Source: a virus | Length of the DNA: 64,000 nucleotides | Reading direction: 5' to 3' (one strand) | IMG/VR virus record: IMGVR_UViG_3300023174_000130 | Coordinates: 1 to 64,000 of that record | In this document: in pieces, positions 30,898 through 40,430 of the stretch | How the letters are laid out: each line of letters starts with the position of its first letter | Numbering within the stretch: the first letter of the stretch is position 1 | Translations under genes and position numbers: made by a program | Notes under the pieces: model-generated | Database searches by the model: none | The model's input: only the letters and a program-made list of their open reading frames with translations | What the model was told of the DNA's origin: nothing

Positions 30898-31607
30898 TGT
30901 TGTCCACCTGCAAAATGTCTTATTTTAGTATTTTCTTTTTTTGACTTTGTTATATTATATTGCATTAAAGCTGGCCCAATTTCAGCATACTCTTCGGCTA
31001 AAAGAGTTGTATTCCATTCTGGCCCAAGTATTTGAACATTACTGTGTAATTCGTCCAAGCTGTATTTTGTATATTCTGATTTGTTTTGATGCCATCCATA
31101 ATTTGGCAATTCCAAAAATGAAATCCAACTATGAGGAATTATACCACACAAAGTATAAAATGCAGCTTGCTCCCGAAATGCCTGCCAATGTGTATCATAT
31201 TTTTTCTTTTCCCATAAAGTTTCATCTAATATATTTTCAATTAATTTTATTGTCCATTTATTAACTTTTAATTTGTATGAACCCATACAAAATGTATTAC
31301 CGTTATCTATACAAATTGAAAATGATTTGTCGCAAGGATAATCATTATCAAATTGATCTATTCTCATATCTGCATCCAAATGAAGTAATTCGTCACCTTC
31401 TTTTAATGTTCCATTATCTAACATTTCTTTTACTAATGTAAATTTCCACCAAGTTGGATTACCCCTAAAAATATCTCCACCTTTGCTGACAACATATTCA
31501 TAACCATGAATATCAGCAAATTTTTTATTTCTTGGTGAGAAATGCTCTTCAAAAAATTGTTGTCTATTATCTTTATAATTTGCAATAACAAATAATACTT
31601 TTTTCAT
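30885..31607 (-). CDS. glycosyltransferase, GT34 (GMA12/MNN10)-like
   Basis: FADIHGYEY, PTWWKF, LHLDAD, REQAA, IRHFAG. Confidence 0.7.
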   Translation of the reverse strand: MKKVLFVIANYKDNRQQFFEEHFSPRNKKFADIHGYEYVVSKGGDIFRGNPTWWKFTLVKEMLDNGTLKEGDELLHLDADMRIDQFDNDYPCDKSFSICIDNGNTFCMGSYKLKVNKWTIKLIENILDETLWEKKKYDTHWQAFREQAAFYTLCGIIPHSWISFLELPNYGWHQNKSEYTKYSLDELHSNVQILGPEWNTTLLAEEYAEIGPALMQYNITKSKKENTKIRHFAGGQQWRI

Positions 31608-32455
31608 TTTACTCTCTTTATAATATTATCATACATTCCGTCTAATGTAAAATAAGAAGAATATATTTTTTTTCCTGTTGTCAATAATTTTTCATATTGT
31701 TCATCATTTATATTTTTTAATATACTATCGATGTTATTAATATTATTTTCATCAATTAAAATTGAAAACTCATTCCAATTTAATTCATCTTGCCAAGGTA
31801 AATATAGTTTATCTGTTATAATAACAGGAACACAATTTAATTGAAATGCTTCATATAATCTAAAAGAATTTAATCCATATCCTCTAGGACAGAGTAAATA
31901 TTTACTTTTAGATGCCAATTCTAAAAATAGTTCAAATTCTGATTTATGTACTGCAGGTGACCATTGTTTAATCCATATTTGATAATCGTCTTTACCAAAT
32001 AAAGTTTGGCCCATTTTTATTCTAATTGGATGTGTTGCAGAACCAACAAAAGAAGCAATATATTTTTTTTCTTCTTTTATAATCAGTTCTGTTGGCAATT
32101 GTGAACAAATTAATGGAATGGGTATAATATTTTTTCCAGAAACATTTCCACCTGCCGAAAAACATAACGTATCTGGTGGTAAAATATGCCTTGGTGCATC
32201 ATCATGTTGTAAAACTGTAAAATATTTTTTATTTAAATCTAGTGAATTTAAAAATGATTGTATATCTTTATCTTTATTTTCACAATACAATGTTGTCCAA
32301 CTTATTGCAATATAATCTCTATCCAATGACGGATTATTTTCTATAAATTTTTTATAGAAATAGTCTTCCATATAATCCCCACTATGATATGGTGGGTATA
32401 CGGGATATGAAGGAACAGGTCTTAAATCTTCACGAGTATAAATCACAGATACCAA
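31604..32455 (-). CDS. exostosin-family (GT47)-like glycosyltransferase
   Basis: ASFVGS..HPIR, SKYLLCPRGYGLNSFRLYEAFQLNCVPVII...LPW...LNW. Confidence 0.85.
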   Translation of the reverse strand: MVSVIYTREDLRPVPSYPVYPPYHSGDYMEDYFYKKFIENNPSLDRDYIAISWTTLYCENKDKDIQSFLNSLDLNKKYFTVLQHDDAPRHILPPDTLCFSAGGNVSGKNIIPIPLICSQLPTELIIKEEKKYIASFVGSATHPIRIKMGQTLFGKDDYQIWIKQWSPAVHKSEFELFLELASKSKYLLCPRGYGLNSFRLYEAFQLNCVPVIITDKLYLPWQDELNWNEFSILIDENNINNIDSILKNINDEQYEKLLTTGKKIYSSYFTLDGMYDNIIKRVK

Positions 32456-33120
32456 ACTCCAATATCTTTTAATCTATTTATCTTGTTTTCCAGACCAACA
32501 ATATAATTGCAATGGAGCATTATGGTAGCATCAATATTTGTACCTTTTGCATCAAAAAAATAACCACCATTTGGAAAATAATTTAAATTAAAAAAATCAA
32601 CTTGTTTTTTTAATCCATTCTTTTCAAGATAATTGTTGCACACTAATTGATCATCTTCAGTATTCTGTGATCCAAGATCATCAATTATTTTTTTAGATAA
32701 ATCACACTCTGGAAAATACATCAATCCTGTACAAGCACATTTTACAGGATAATCTATTTGAAATGTTGGATTTTTTATTTGTTCTAAAAACGTATTTGGA
32801 TTTTTTAAAAATACTATATCAGTGTCCAACCACATTAATGATTTATTATTTTCATAATATTTTTTAATAAGTGTCCATTTATTTTTTACTAATGCTCTAA
32901 ATTTTGATTGTTCATCCCATGTCCAATTATGGTATGCTTGTTCGGGCACATCTTCAAATAATTCAGTCGCAATACCTTGTTCAGTGTAATAATCATATAT
33001 CGGTCTATCAAATGCAACAATAATAAATTGTGATTTGCTAATACCTACTTTTTCTGCAGACAATAACATATTGTCACAAATATTTTTACAACCACTGTTT
33101 AAATATGTCAAATATTTCAT
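32443..33120 (-). CDS. nucleotide-diphospho-sugar transferase (GT77-like)
   Basis: MWLDTDIVFLKNP, CTGLMY, DDQ, FPNG, LHCNYIVG...K..RLK..GVW. Confidence 0.82.
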   Translation of the reverse strand: MKYLTYLNSGCKNICDNMLLSAEKVGISKSQFIIVAFDRPIYDYYTEQGIATELFEDVPEQAYHNWTWDEQSKFRALVKNKWTLIKKYYENNKSLMWLDTDIVFLKNPNTFLEQIKNPTFQIDYPVKCACTGLMYFPECDLSKKIIDDLGSQNTEDDQLVCNNYLEKNGLKKQVDFFNLNYFPNGGYFFDAKGTNIDATIMLHCNYIVGLENKINRLKDIGVWYL

Positions 33121-33785
33121 TTTGATATAAAAAATTCTTTCATTCTTCGGTCAAAAACTTTTTTATCTTTATCATACATTTCGGTATTTTCATTTCTAGC
33201 ATGCAATGTATCCCATGGTTCAGGAGTCCATGCGTGTTGAATAATGCAAACCGGAGATGTGGCTAGTTTTTTCATAGCCATTAATACCAAAGATTGTTCT
33301 GTATCAGAATACACGGAAGTATATTCTGGACTATAAATATATCCAAAATGTTTGTATAGTGGCCAACCCATGACACACAATGTCATTAAATTATCATCTC
33401 TCAAACCATCATGAAATTTAATAGCTCCATTAAAATCTGGGAAGGTTTGTTTAAACCCTTCAAATATGATATCATCATATCCTTTAATTTGTGGAATCAT
33501 ATCATCAGATGCTAAAAGCAATACATCCGCGTTTTCATCATCTAAATCTGCATTTACAGCTTGTATTTTTGATTTAGAATGACCATAAACATATTTAATT
33601 TTGATTGGTAAAGAATTTAACCAATTTTTAATTTCATCATTGTTCATGGTGAGGTCGTCTTCATCCATAGTAACAACAAACTTTACATCATGCTTTCCTG
33701 AAAGGAAATCAATGTAAAGTTGAAATACTTTTTTAAATTTTTCTGGTCTATTTCTTGTTGGAAATTTAATTAATAATCTAGACAT
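33117..33785 (-). CDS. GT2-like glycosyltransferase
   Basis: KFPTRNRP, MDEDD, LLASDDMIP, YSDTE, IQH. Confidence 0.8.
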   Translation of the reverse strand: MSRLLIKFPTRNRPEKFKKVFQLYIDFLSGKHDVKFVVTMDEDDLTMNNDEIKNWLNSLPIKIKYVYGHSKSKIQAVNADLDDENADVLLLASDDMIPQIKGYDDIIFEGFKQTFPDFNGAIKFHDGLRDDNLMTLCVMGWPLYKHFGYIYSPEYTSVYSDTEQSLVLMAMKKLATSPVCIIQHAWTPEPWDTLHARNENTEMYDKDKKVFDRRMKEFFISK

Positions 33786-33799
33786 AATACCTCACAATT

Positions 33800-33864
33800 A
33801 ATATAATACATCATATAAAGATGTCAAGTTATTTAGTTGACTTTTTTCTAAGGTACTTTATACT
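33800..33864. promoter_or_regulatory. divergent promoter region between the glycan island and uvsY
   Basis: Plus strand: TTGACT-N16-TATACT (33837-33864) for uvsY. Minus strand: TTGACA at 33822-33827 with TATATT 16 nt downstream, plus a late-type ACTAAATA at 33830-33837, both facing the island. Confidence 0.7.
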
Positions 33865-33873
33865 ACAAACCAA

Positions 33874-34311
33874 ATGAATCTAGAAGACCTCAAGAATAAT
33901 ATTACTAAAGATTCCCAAATAGACTCTACAGAATTAGGTGTAGAGGCTCTTAAGATACCTCAAGTACACGCCAAATATCTTAATATGCTTACAGATTTTA
34001 AATTGCTTTTGACCAAGCATCAAAATGATTATGCAATTCAACGATTGCGTAAGTGGAAAATATTGACTGGCAAAGCATCCAAAGAAGAACTGGAAGCATG
34101 GGGAGAAGAACCCTTTGATTTGGATCTACTCAAAACTGATGTAGAAAAGTTCATTGAGGGTGATCCTAAGATTGTTGAATTAAAGTCCAAAGTGGCTGTC
34201 AACGAAATTAAGGTCAAGATGGTAGAAGAGTTCTTGAAGGCCATCAACAACCGAAACTTCAACATCAAGTCTGCCATTGACTGGCAAAAAATGATGAACG
34301 GTATAGTATAA
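33874..34311 (+). CDS. uvsY: recombination mediator UvsY
   Basis: KDSQID..ELGVEALKIPQVHAKY...RNFNIKSAIDWQK. Confidence 0.93.
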   Translation: MNLEDLKNNITKDSQIDSTELGVEALKIPQVHAKYLNMLTDFKLLLTKHQNDYAIQRLRKWKILTGKASKEELEAWGEEPFDLDLLKTDVEKFIEGDPKIVELKSKVAVNEIKVKMVEEFLKAINNRNFNIKSAIDWQKMMNGIV

Positions 34312-34318
34312 ATATTAT

Positions 34319-35827
34319 GTGGATATTGAAGTTGAATCTGTAGATGAAGTTCGTTACTACATCAAAGCAGAAAAAGGAATTAAGCAAGAGTTACGAGATT
34401 ATTTCTCGTTCATGGTACCCGGTGCCCAGTATATGCCCATGTTTAAACGGCGTATATGGGATGGAAAGATCCGGTTATATGATATTCTTACATCTACCCT
34501 TCCCCGTGGTCTAAAAACCTATCTTGATAAGTTTTCTGTAGATAGAAAATACTCATTAAATATTAAAGAGAGTAGGAATCCTTTATGTATAAAGGAAACA
34601 CAGCTTGCACAATTTTACGATACCCTAGCGGTATCGGTAAAGAAGAAGCCCGTGCAAATGCATGCCCATCAGCAACAGGCCATTATGCATGCTTTGAACA
34701 ATCACAGATGCGTATTGATTTCTCCTACTGGTTCGGGCAAAAGTTTGATAATCTACGTCTTGGTCCGATTTCTACAATCCGTATTATCGCCAAATCGAAA
34801 AATTTTGATTCTCGTACCAACAGTTGGTCTCGTGAATCAGATGGATTCTGATTTTTTTGATTATTCTTCTCAAGACTCATCTTGGTCTTGCAAAAAATAC
34901 ATTCATAAGATATCGGCTGGCGTAGATAAAGATACTAATAAACAAATAGTCGTATCAACATGGCAGTCAATATACAAACTACCAAGAGAGTGGTTTGACC
35001 AGTTTGATGCCATTTTCTTTGACGAGTGCCATCAGGCCAAGGCAGAATCAATCAACATGATTGGTCAGAAGCTTGCCAAGGCTTGGTTTCGTATTGGTAC
35101 AACAGGAACTCTAGATCAAGCACAAGCACACCGACTGAACATTGAAGGTATTCTTGGTCCTGCTATTCAGTTCATTCAAACAAAAAACCTAATGAACAAA
35201 GGTTTGCTTGCCACTATTGGAATAGACTGTATTCTGTTGCAATACACTGATGAGGAGAAACAACTCATCAAAAAGCAAAAATACCCCGACGAATTAAAGT
35301 GGATTATAACTAATCAAAAGAGGAATGAATTTGTCAAAGAACTCGCGCTCAAAACCAAAGGCAACACGCTCGTCCTCTTCAATTACGTCGAAGATCACGG
35401 CAAGCCTCTCGCCGCTCTCTTGGAGTCAGCAAAAAGCGGTAGACCAATATATTTCATCTCTGGAAAAACAGAAGCAGACACAAGAGAATATATTAGAAAA
35501 GTCGTTGATACGGAAAGAGATGCTATACTGGTTGCGAGTTATGGTACTACTAGCGCTGGTATCAACATTGTTAATATCGACAATATTATTTTTGCCTCGC
35601 CTACTAAGTCTATAATTAGATTGTTACAGAGCATTGGTCGGGGTCTCAGAGTATCTGCAAAGAAGAAAACATTAAAAGTTTTTGATATTGTTGATGACTT
35701 GTGCTGGCTTAAACACAAGAATCATATCTTCCGTCACTTCGAAGAGCGCGTAAAGATATACAAAAAAGAAAAGTTTGATCATAAGATCTTTTCCATGTCT
35801 TTAAAGGACAGCATAAAAGATAAATAA
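34319..35827 (+). CDS. uvsW: SF2 DNA helicase UvsW
   Basis: WDGKIRL, SPTGSGKS, DECH, QSIGRGLR; TATAAATA at 34307-34314. Confidence 0.96.
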   Translation: MDIEVESVDEVRYYIKAEKGIKQELRDYFSFMVPGAQYMPMFKRRIWDGKIRLYDILTSTLPRGLKTYLDKFSVDRKYSLNIKESRNPLCIKETQLAQFYDTLAVSVKKKPVQMHAHQQQAIMHALNNHRCVLISPTGSGKSLIIYVLVRFLQSVLSPNRKILILVPTVGLVNQMDSDFFDYSSQDSSWSCKKYIHKISAGVDKDTNKQIVVSTWQSIYKLPREWFDQFDAIFFDECHQAKAESINMIGQKLAKAWFRIGTTGTLDQAQAHRLNIEGILGPAIQFIQTKNLMNKGLLATIGIDCILLQYTDEEKQLIKKQKYPDELKWIITNQKRNEFVKELALKTKGNTLVLFNYVEDHGKPLAALLESAKSGRPIYFISGKTEADTREYIRKVVDTERDAILVASYGTTSAGINIVNIDNIIFASPTKSIIRLLQSIGRGLRVSAKKKTLKVFDIVDDLCWLKHKNHIFRHFEERVKIYKKEKFDHKIFSMSLKDSIKDK

Positions 35828-35848
35828 TAGAGAAGGGAGGACATACAT

Positions 35849-36517
35849 ATGTCCGAATCACTTCCCGAGAATTCTTTTGGCGGTGTATTGCGAGTTGTTA
35901 AGCTTACTTCAGGTGAAGAAATAATTGGTATGGTACATGAAGCATACCCCGATAGAATTTCAATTAAATTACCTGCTCGTATTGAAACCTATGTAGTTCG
36001 TGATGAAAAAAGCGAACTAATAGAATACGTAAAACTTACAAACTATCTTTCAAACATACGTGGTTATGAAATTTCATTATCACGAAATGTCATAGTCTAC
36101 ATGGGTTCTCCAGCATTAGAATTAGAAAAAATGTATGAAGTATTCTTCATGACCATGCAGACTGATTCCAAGACAACAATTGCTCCAATGCCAGATGACA
36201 TGAAATTTGGTCATGAAGCCGGGCTTCAAATGTTAAATGATCTTTTTACAAATGAAGATTTTGTAAATTTTGTAAATGACATGATTGACAGTTTTGAGGC
36301 TGCTGAAATCTTAATAGAAGACGATGATATTGAGGAAATAGAAGAATCTGAAGCAGAATCGGCTATAATGGACACTCCACAAGAAGAGGCTCCAAGTCCA
36401 CCCAAGCCAAAGAAACGCCGTACAATGAATCCTGAGATTAAAAAACTACCTTTTAATCCAGAAGGGGACCCAAAATCAGCTGAGAGCTGGTCAGATGATC
36501 CTAAAGATTATCTTTAA
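35849..36517 (+). CDS. conserved T4-like protein downstream of uvsW (Sm-like N-terminus, acidic tail)
   Basis: VVKLTSGEEIIG motif; late promoter at 35821 and GGAGG SD. Confidence 0.6.
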   Translation: MSESLPENSFGGVLRVVKLTSGEEIIGMVHEAYPDRISIKLPARIETYVVRDEKSELIEYVKLTNYLSNIRGYEISLSRNVIVYMGSPALELEKMYEVFFMTMQTDSKTTIAPMPDDMKFGHEAGLQMLNDLFTNEDFVNFVNDMIDSFEAAEILIEDDDIEEIEESEAESAIMDTPQEEAPSPPKPKKRRTMNPEIKKLPFNPEGDPKSAESWSDDPKDYL

Positions 36518-37038
36518 ACTTGATTTGTCAAATCATCGGGGGCATCAGGATTTAACGTATAATATGAAAATTTAAATTTGCAAGTTGCTTTTTGCAAAAT
36601 GGCATCAGCGCTATCTGCTTGAAATATCACTCCACTTAAATTTGTTGGAACAATATATTTAAAAGTAACTGTTAAATTTGTACAAGTTGAGGTTGGATCA
36701 TATATCATTAAATTTGCACTTCTGTGCCAATCTTGATATTTTATATTATTTTGGTCGTCGTTTTCAATATTTGCCAAATTACGCATCCACGAATATAAAC
36801 TCTTCCAGTTTTCCAATCTTGAATCAACTATAAATTCTACATTTAAAGTTTCATAGTTAAATTGCATAGTTGGAACTGGTACTGTTGTTCCAAAAATTGT
36901 AGGTTGTGCTGTGTCTGGTACTGTACATCCAGGAAGATTGACTCTTTGGCAATTCAATTCAAATTGCTTTGTACCTCTTCCAAAGACTAAAGTAAAATAA
37001 CTGTTGTATAGTGGATTGATGTTTGAATTGCAGCTCAT
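36514..37038 (-). CDS. gp3: tail tube terminator / tail completion protein
   Basis: NINPL...CQRVNLPG...LNVEFIVD..LENWKSLYSWM...FKFSYY; synteny after gp23. Confidence 0.8.
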   Translation of the reverse strand: MSCNSNINPLYNSYFTLVFGRGTKQFELNCQRVNLPGCTVPDTAQPTIFGTTVPVPTMQFNYETLNVEFIVDSRLENWKSLYSWMRNLANIENDDQNNIKYQDWHRSANLMIYDPTSTCTNLTVTFKYIVPTNLSGVIFQADSADAILQKATCKFKFSYYTLNPDAPDDLTNQV

Positions 37039-37060
37039 AAAATTATTTATCCCAAAACAT

Positions 37061-37088
37061 AAGTCCTCCCCATTTCTGGGGAGGACTT
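37061..37088 (-). terminator. rho-independent terminator after gp23
   Basis: 12-bp stem aagtcctcccca/tggggaggactt, 4-nt loop, followed on the minus strand by ATGTTTT. Confidence 0.85.
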
Positions 37089-37123
37089 CGAAAGGTTTCC
37101 TACTTTTCTCAAGACCCCATCAA

Positions 37124-38572
37124 TTAGATGGTGTTACCGTGGAGGTTGGTAACTCTGGTCAAGCGGTAGTATTGGTTGAGACCGGCAGTCAAGGTATCAG
37201 CGTCAGGGACGTTGTTGCTATTGAGAACATATGGGTTAGCAACTACACCATAACGGGTCTTGAAGGCAATACGAGGTTGGAAAGTATTTGGATCAACTGC
37301 ACGTACCATTTGTAGCGGAACGTATGGGCAGTAGAACAATCCAGCATCATATGGCGATTCACCCTTATAACCAGCAACGAAGAAGTTATAACCGAGTGGG
37401 CTATATGGATCAATGTAAACCTTGATCTTACCACTTAGAACACCAGCAAAGGTGCTTTGAGTATCATCAGCATTGATTTGTGGTGAGATGGCGGGGCTTA
37501 GGCTCATGAATCCAGACATGGCGAGGGCAGCTGCGGTATCGCTATCGCAGATGATAAAGTTGCCCTTACCACGGCGGGTTTCCTTGGCGATTGCATTGCA
37601 TTCGCGTTCGATTTGGAAACTTAGACCACGGAAACGTTCAGCAGACCAACGGCCATCTGAATCGTCATCAAGATCATAGGTTCCCTTGGATGTGAGGTCG
37701 GTTTGTTGTGAACCGCTCTTAGCAACGTAGTAAATGGTCTTGACGATTTCACGGTTGATTTCGGCAAGAATTTCGGTGCTGAGAAGATTGGCCAACTCTG
37801 CTTCGGCATCTAGACCGTGAACAGCCTTGAGATCTTGGGCAAGTTCGACGGTATAGTTGCTGCTTAGAGCACGGGTCTTGGCTTGTACAGCAACGCGGTC
37901 GATGCTGAATGCCATTTGGTTCCAAGAACCATATTGTGGATTGGTGTAGCCACCAGTACCACCAGCAGAGAAACTTAGTGGATTGTTGCCGATACCTTCA
38001 CCATTGGAAGTCAACATAGCGCGAAGATTTTGAAGTTCTGCAGCGCTAGGAACAACGCCATTATTAAAATTGTAACCAGCTGATAGACCCTTAGAGCTGG
38101 CAAAGGTTGATCCCAAAGTCCAACCTGAACCACCGTAAGATGCTTGTGGCTCTTGGAACATGGCTTCAACATAGCCCGATTGGCTATAGGTCTTACCAGA
38201 ACCAGCGTATTGGTAATTAGCACGCATAGCAAAGATGAGGCCGGTTGGAGCGGTCATTGGTTGAACGCCGCAGATGTCGTATGCCATTAGGTTTGGCATA
38301 GAACGACGAATGAGGCTGATTAGAACGGGATCATAACCAGATACTGCACCGGTATTATATCCGGTTGAAGTGGCTGGTCCACCAAGGTTAGCATTGCCAC
38401 CCATATCTTCATAAAGATGTTGTTGGCGAAGAGCTTGTTCTTGGTTTTCCAAAAGAACTGCGGTGACTTTCTTGCGATAGTCATCTTTGATTGCGGGAAG
38501 GGCTTCGTGACTTAAGACAGGATCCCACTTTTCTGTGAGAATGTCATATGGTGTGTTTTCTTGAAAATTCAT
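37124..38572 (-). CDS. gp23: major capsid protein
   Basis: EKWDPVL, DPVLISLIRRSMPNLMAYDICGVQPMTAPTGLIFAMR, ELAQDLKAVHGLDAEAEL, FQPRIAFKTRYG. Confidence 0.98.
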   Translation of the reverse strand: MNFQENTPYDILTEKWDPVLSHEALPAIKDDYRKKVTAVLLENQEQALRQQHLYEDMGGNANLGGPATSTGYNTGAVSGYDPVLISLIRRSMPNLMAYDICGVQPMTAPTGLIFAMRANYQYAGSGKTYSQSGYVEAMFQEPQASYGGSGWTLGSTFASSKGLSAGYNFNNGVVPSAAELQNLRAMLTSNGEGIGNNPLSFSAGGTGGYTNPQYGSWNQMAFSIDRVAVQAKTRALSSNYTVELAQDLKAVHGLDAEAELANLLSTEILAEINREIVKTIYYVAKSGSQQTDLTSKGTYDLDDDSDGRWSAERFRGLSFQIERECNAIAKETRRGKGNFIICDSDTAAALAMSGFMSLSPAISPQINADDTQSTFAGVLSGKIKVYIDPYSPLGYNFFVAGYKGESPYDAGLFYCPYVPLQMVRAVDPNTFQPRIAFKTRYGVVANPYVLNSNNVPDADTLTAGLNQYYRLTRVTNLHGNTI

Positions 38573-38621
38573 TGTAGTTATTATCTCCTAATTGAGTAAA
38601 ATTATTTAGTAAAGTGAAAGT

Positions 38622-39650
38622 TTAGACTTTTTTATTGAGTCTACCAAGTGCACCAGCGTAGTTTTCTACGAGGTTTGTTGATGTTTGTTTGACGGGAACG
38701 AAAGTTTGTTCTGGTTCAATGTTTCTTGAGGAAACTGGACGAGAACGAGTTAGGTAGTTTTCACGAATAGCAACAAGCTTTTCGCGGTATTCTTCGGGGC
38801 TGGTAAAGGCTACATTTTCCATTAGATTTTGTAGCTTAACAATTTGTGTATCTGCAAGTTCTCTGGTTTCAGCAACAAAGATGCCTGCGCATTCTGTCAA
38901 AGAAACTTCTTTCTTGAGGTTCATATTGTACTTAACGGCTTCATTGAGCTTAGCTTCTAGTTCGCGGTTTGAAGCATAGAGTTCATCAAGAACATTGTAC
39001 TTCTCGGCAGGAACGTCGATGTAGTGGTTTTCAAAGAGGTTCTTGAGACCGCTGATGAAGTTTTCTGCAATTTGTGTTTTGACACCTTGCTCAACTGCAA
39101 CAGCATTGTCAGTCATCCATTCTTCGACAACATAATCTAGATAGTCGTCAACCTTCTCAACTAGAGATTCGGTGACATTATCAAGATAATTCTTTACATT
39201 GCCATCAACATTTTCTAGAATCTTAGCAACTTTGGTTTCAACACGTTCAGTAACGGCTGCTTCAAAGATAGCTTCTAGTTGATTGATGAGCGATGGGGAA
39301 ACGTCTTCGCCAAGAAGAGAAATCAAAGCATCATGAAATTCTGCTTTTAATTCTTCGTTGGTTTCAACGGGTTCATCTTCGCCACCTTCTTCTACTTCTT
39401 CAGTTTCTTCTTCAGACTCATCAGAAGAAGATTGCTTGGGAGCAGCGGCCATTCCAGCTGAAGCAGACATTGTTGCGGGAACTCCGGGCTTACCAATTCC
39501 GGCCATGACGGCAGGAATGCCAGCAACAATGGGTGATGCAATTTGGGAGCCTCTTCCCGACATATCTCTGTCTGAGCCACCAGCGGACATTGGATATCCA
39601 GCCATGGCTGCGTTTTCTTCTGTAATATTATTCTTGCGTGTGTTTTTCAT
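38622..39650 (-). CDS. gp22: prohead core scaffolding protein
   Basis: IFEAAV, VDDYLDYVVEEWM..NAVAVE.G, LKNLFENHYIDVP. Confidence 0.95.
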   Translation of the reverse strand: MKNTRKNNITEENAAMAGYPMSAGGSDRDMSGRGSQIASPIVAGIPAVMAGIGKPGVPATMSASAGMAAAPKQSSSDESEEETEEVEEGGEDEPVETNEELKAEFHDALISLLGEDVSPSLINQLEAIFEAAVTERVETKVAKILENVDGNVKNYLDNVTESLVEKVDDYLDYVVEEWMTDNAVAVEQGVKTQIAENFISGLKNLFENHYIDVPAEKYNVLDELYASNRELEAKLNEAVKYNMNLKKEVSLTECAGIFVAETRELADTQIVKLQNLMENVAFTSPEEYREKLVAIRENYLTRSRPVSSRNIEPEQTFVPVKQTSTNLVENYAGALGRLNKKV

Positions 39651-39689
39651 AAAAAGGAATCCTTGTAAATTATTTAGTAGTTTTAATAG

Positions 39690-40430
39690 TTATGGAATTT
39701 TATAACCCTTAGATCTCAAACCTTTAATCTCTTCTTGTCTTCTGGCCTGTCTTATAGCGTTATCTTGGTCTCTCTCGGAGAAACGTTGAAGTTCATCTTC
39801 ACGCTTAGCTTGCTTTATGGCATCATCTTGTTCTTTATTCGGGTCATATGGTTTTCGTTCAGATTTTGCTTGTCCGGGTATTGCAAGAGCAGTCCATGGA
39901 CTTCCTGCTCCTTGTGCAGCCAATTCTTGGGTACTTCTACCAATTTTCTTCATATTGGCATCAAACCAATTAGCACCACTTATATCTGAAACTTGTCTCA
40001 AAAGTGTTGATGCTGCGCCGGGAACAGCGGAAACTAATCCTGAGCCAATTGCACCTACTACACCACCAAGAACAGGAATATTACCAACACCGGATGCATT
40101 CATGGCTTTTGCTGCCAGACCACCAAGTTTTTGTGCCCCAGATGCATCAAGCAAATCGGCAGCATAATCAGCAGCTTTTCCTACACCATATAATCCAGTT
40201 GCAACAACTTCTGGACTTAGTGAAACTCCAGCAACATTAAAATCTTCGGTGTCCCCAAACAATACATTTGGTTCTTTTTTCTTGCCTTTTGGTTCAGGTG
40301 TGCCAACGCCCATTCCTGGGTCAGAACCAGTAATTGATTTAAATGTTTTTTCTTTGGTTTTTTCTTCAAATATTTTATTATTTAAAGATTCAACCAAATA
40401 TAACTTGGCTTGTTCTGGTAGGTGAGACAT
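39690..40430 (-). CDS. hypothetical protein, probable internal head protein
   Basis: Lies between gp21 and gp22; N-terminal LVE/IFEE motifs; Gly/Ala-rich core; duplicated C-terminal charged repeat. Confidence 0.5.
   Translation of the reverse strand: MSHLPEQAKLYLVESLNNKIFEEKTKEKTFKSITGSDPGMGVGTPEPKGKKKEPNVLFGDTEDFNVAGVSLSPEVVATGLYGVGKAADYAADLLDASGAQKLGGLAAKAMNASGVGNIPVLGGVVGAIGSGLVSAVPGAASTLLRQVSDISGANWFDANMKKIGRSTQELAAQGAGSPWTALAIPGQAKSERKPYDPNKEQDDAIKQAKREDELQRFSERDQDNAIRQARRQEEIKGLRSKGYKIP

Noticed and set aside
35325-35615. Alternative-frame 96-aa ORF over a locally GC-richer patch inside uvsW
   Set aside because: No recognisable motifs or convincing expression signals; more likely chance or recombinational mosaicism.
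37089-37123. Read-through or frameshift extension of the major capsid protein
   Set aside because: An in-frame TGA follows a few codons after the TAA, and a strong terminator lies immediately downstream.
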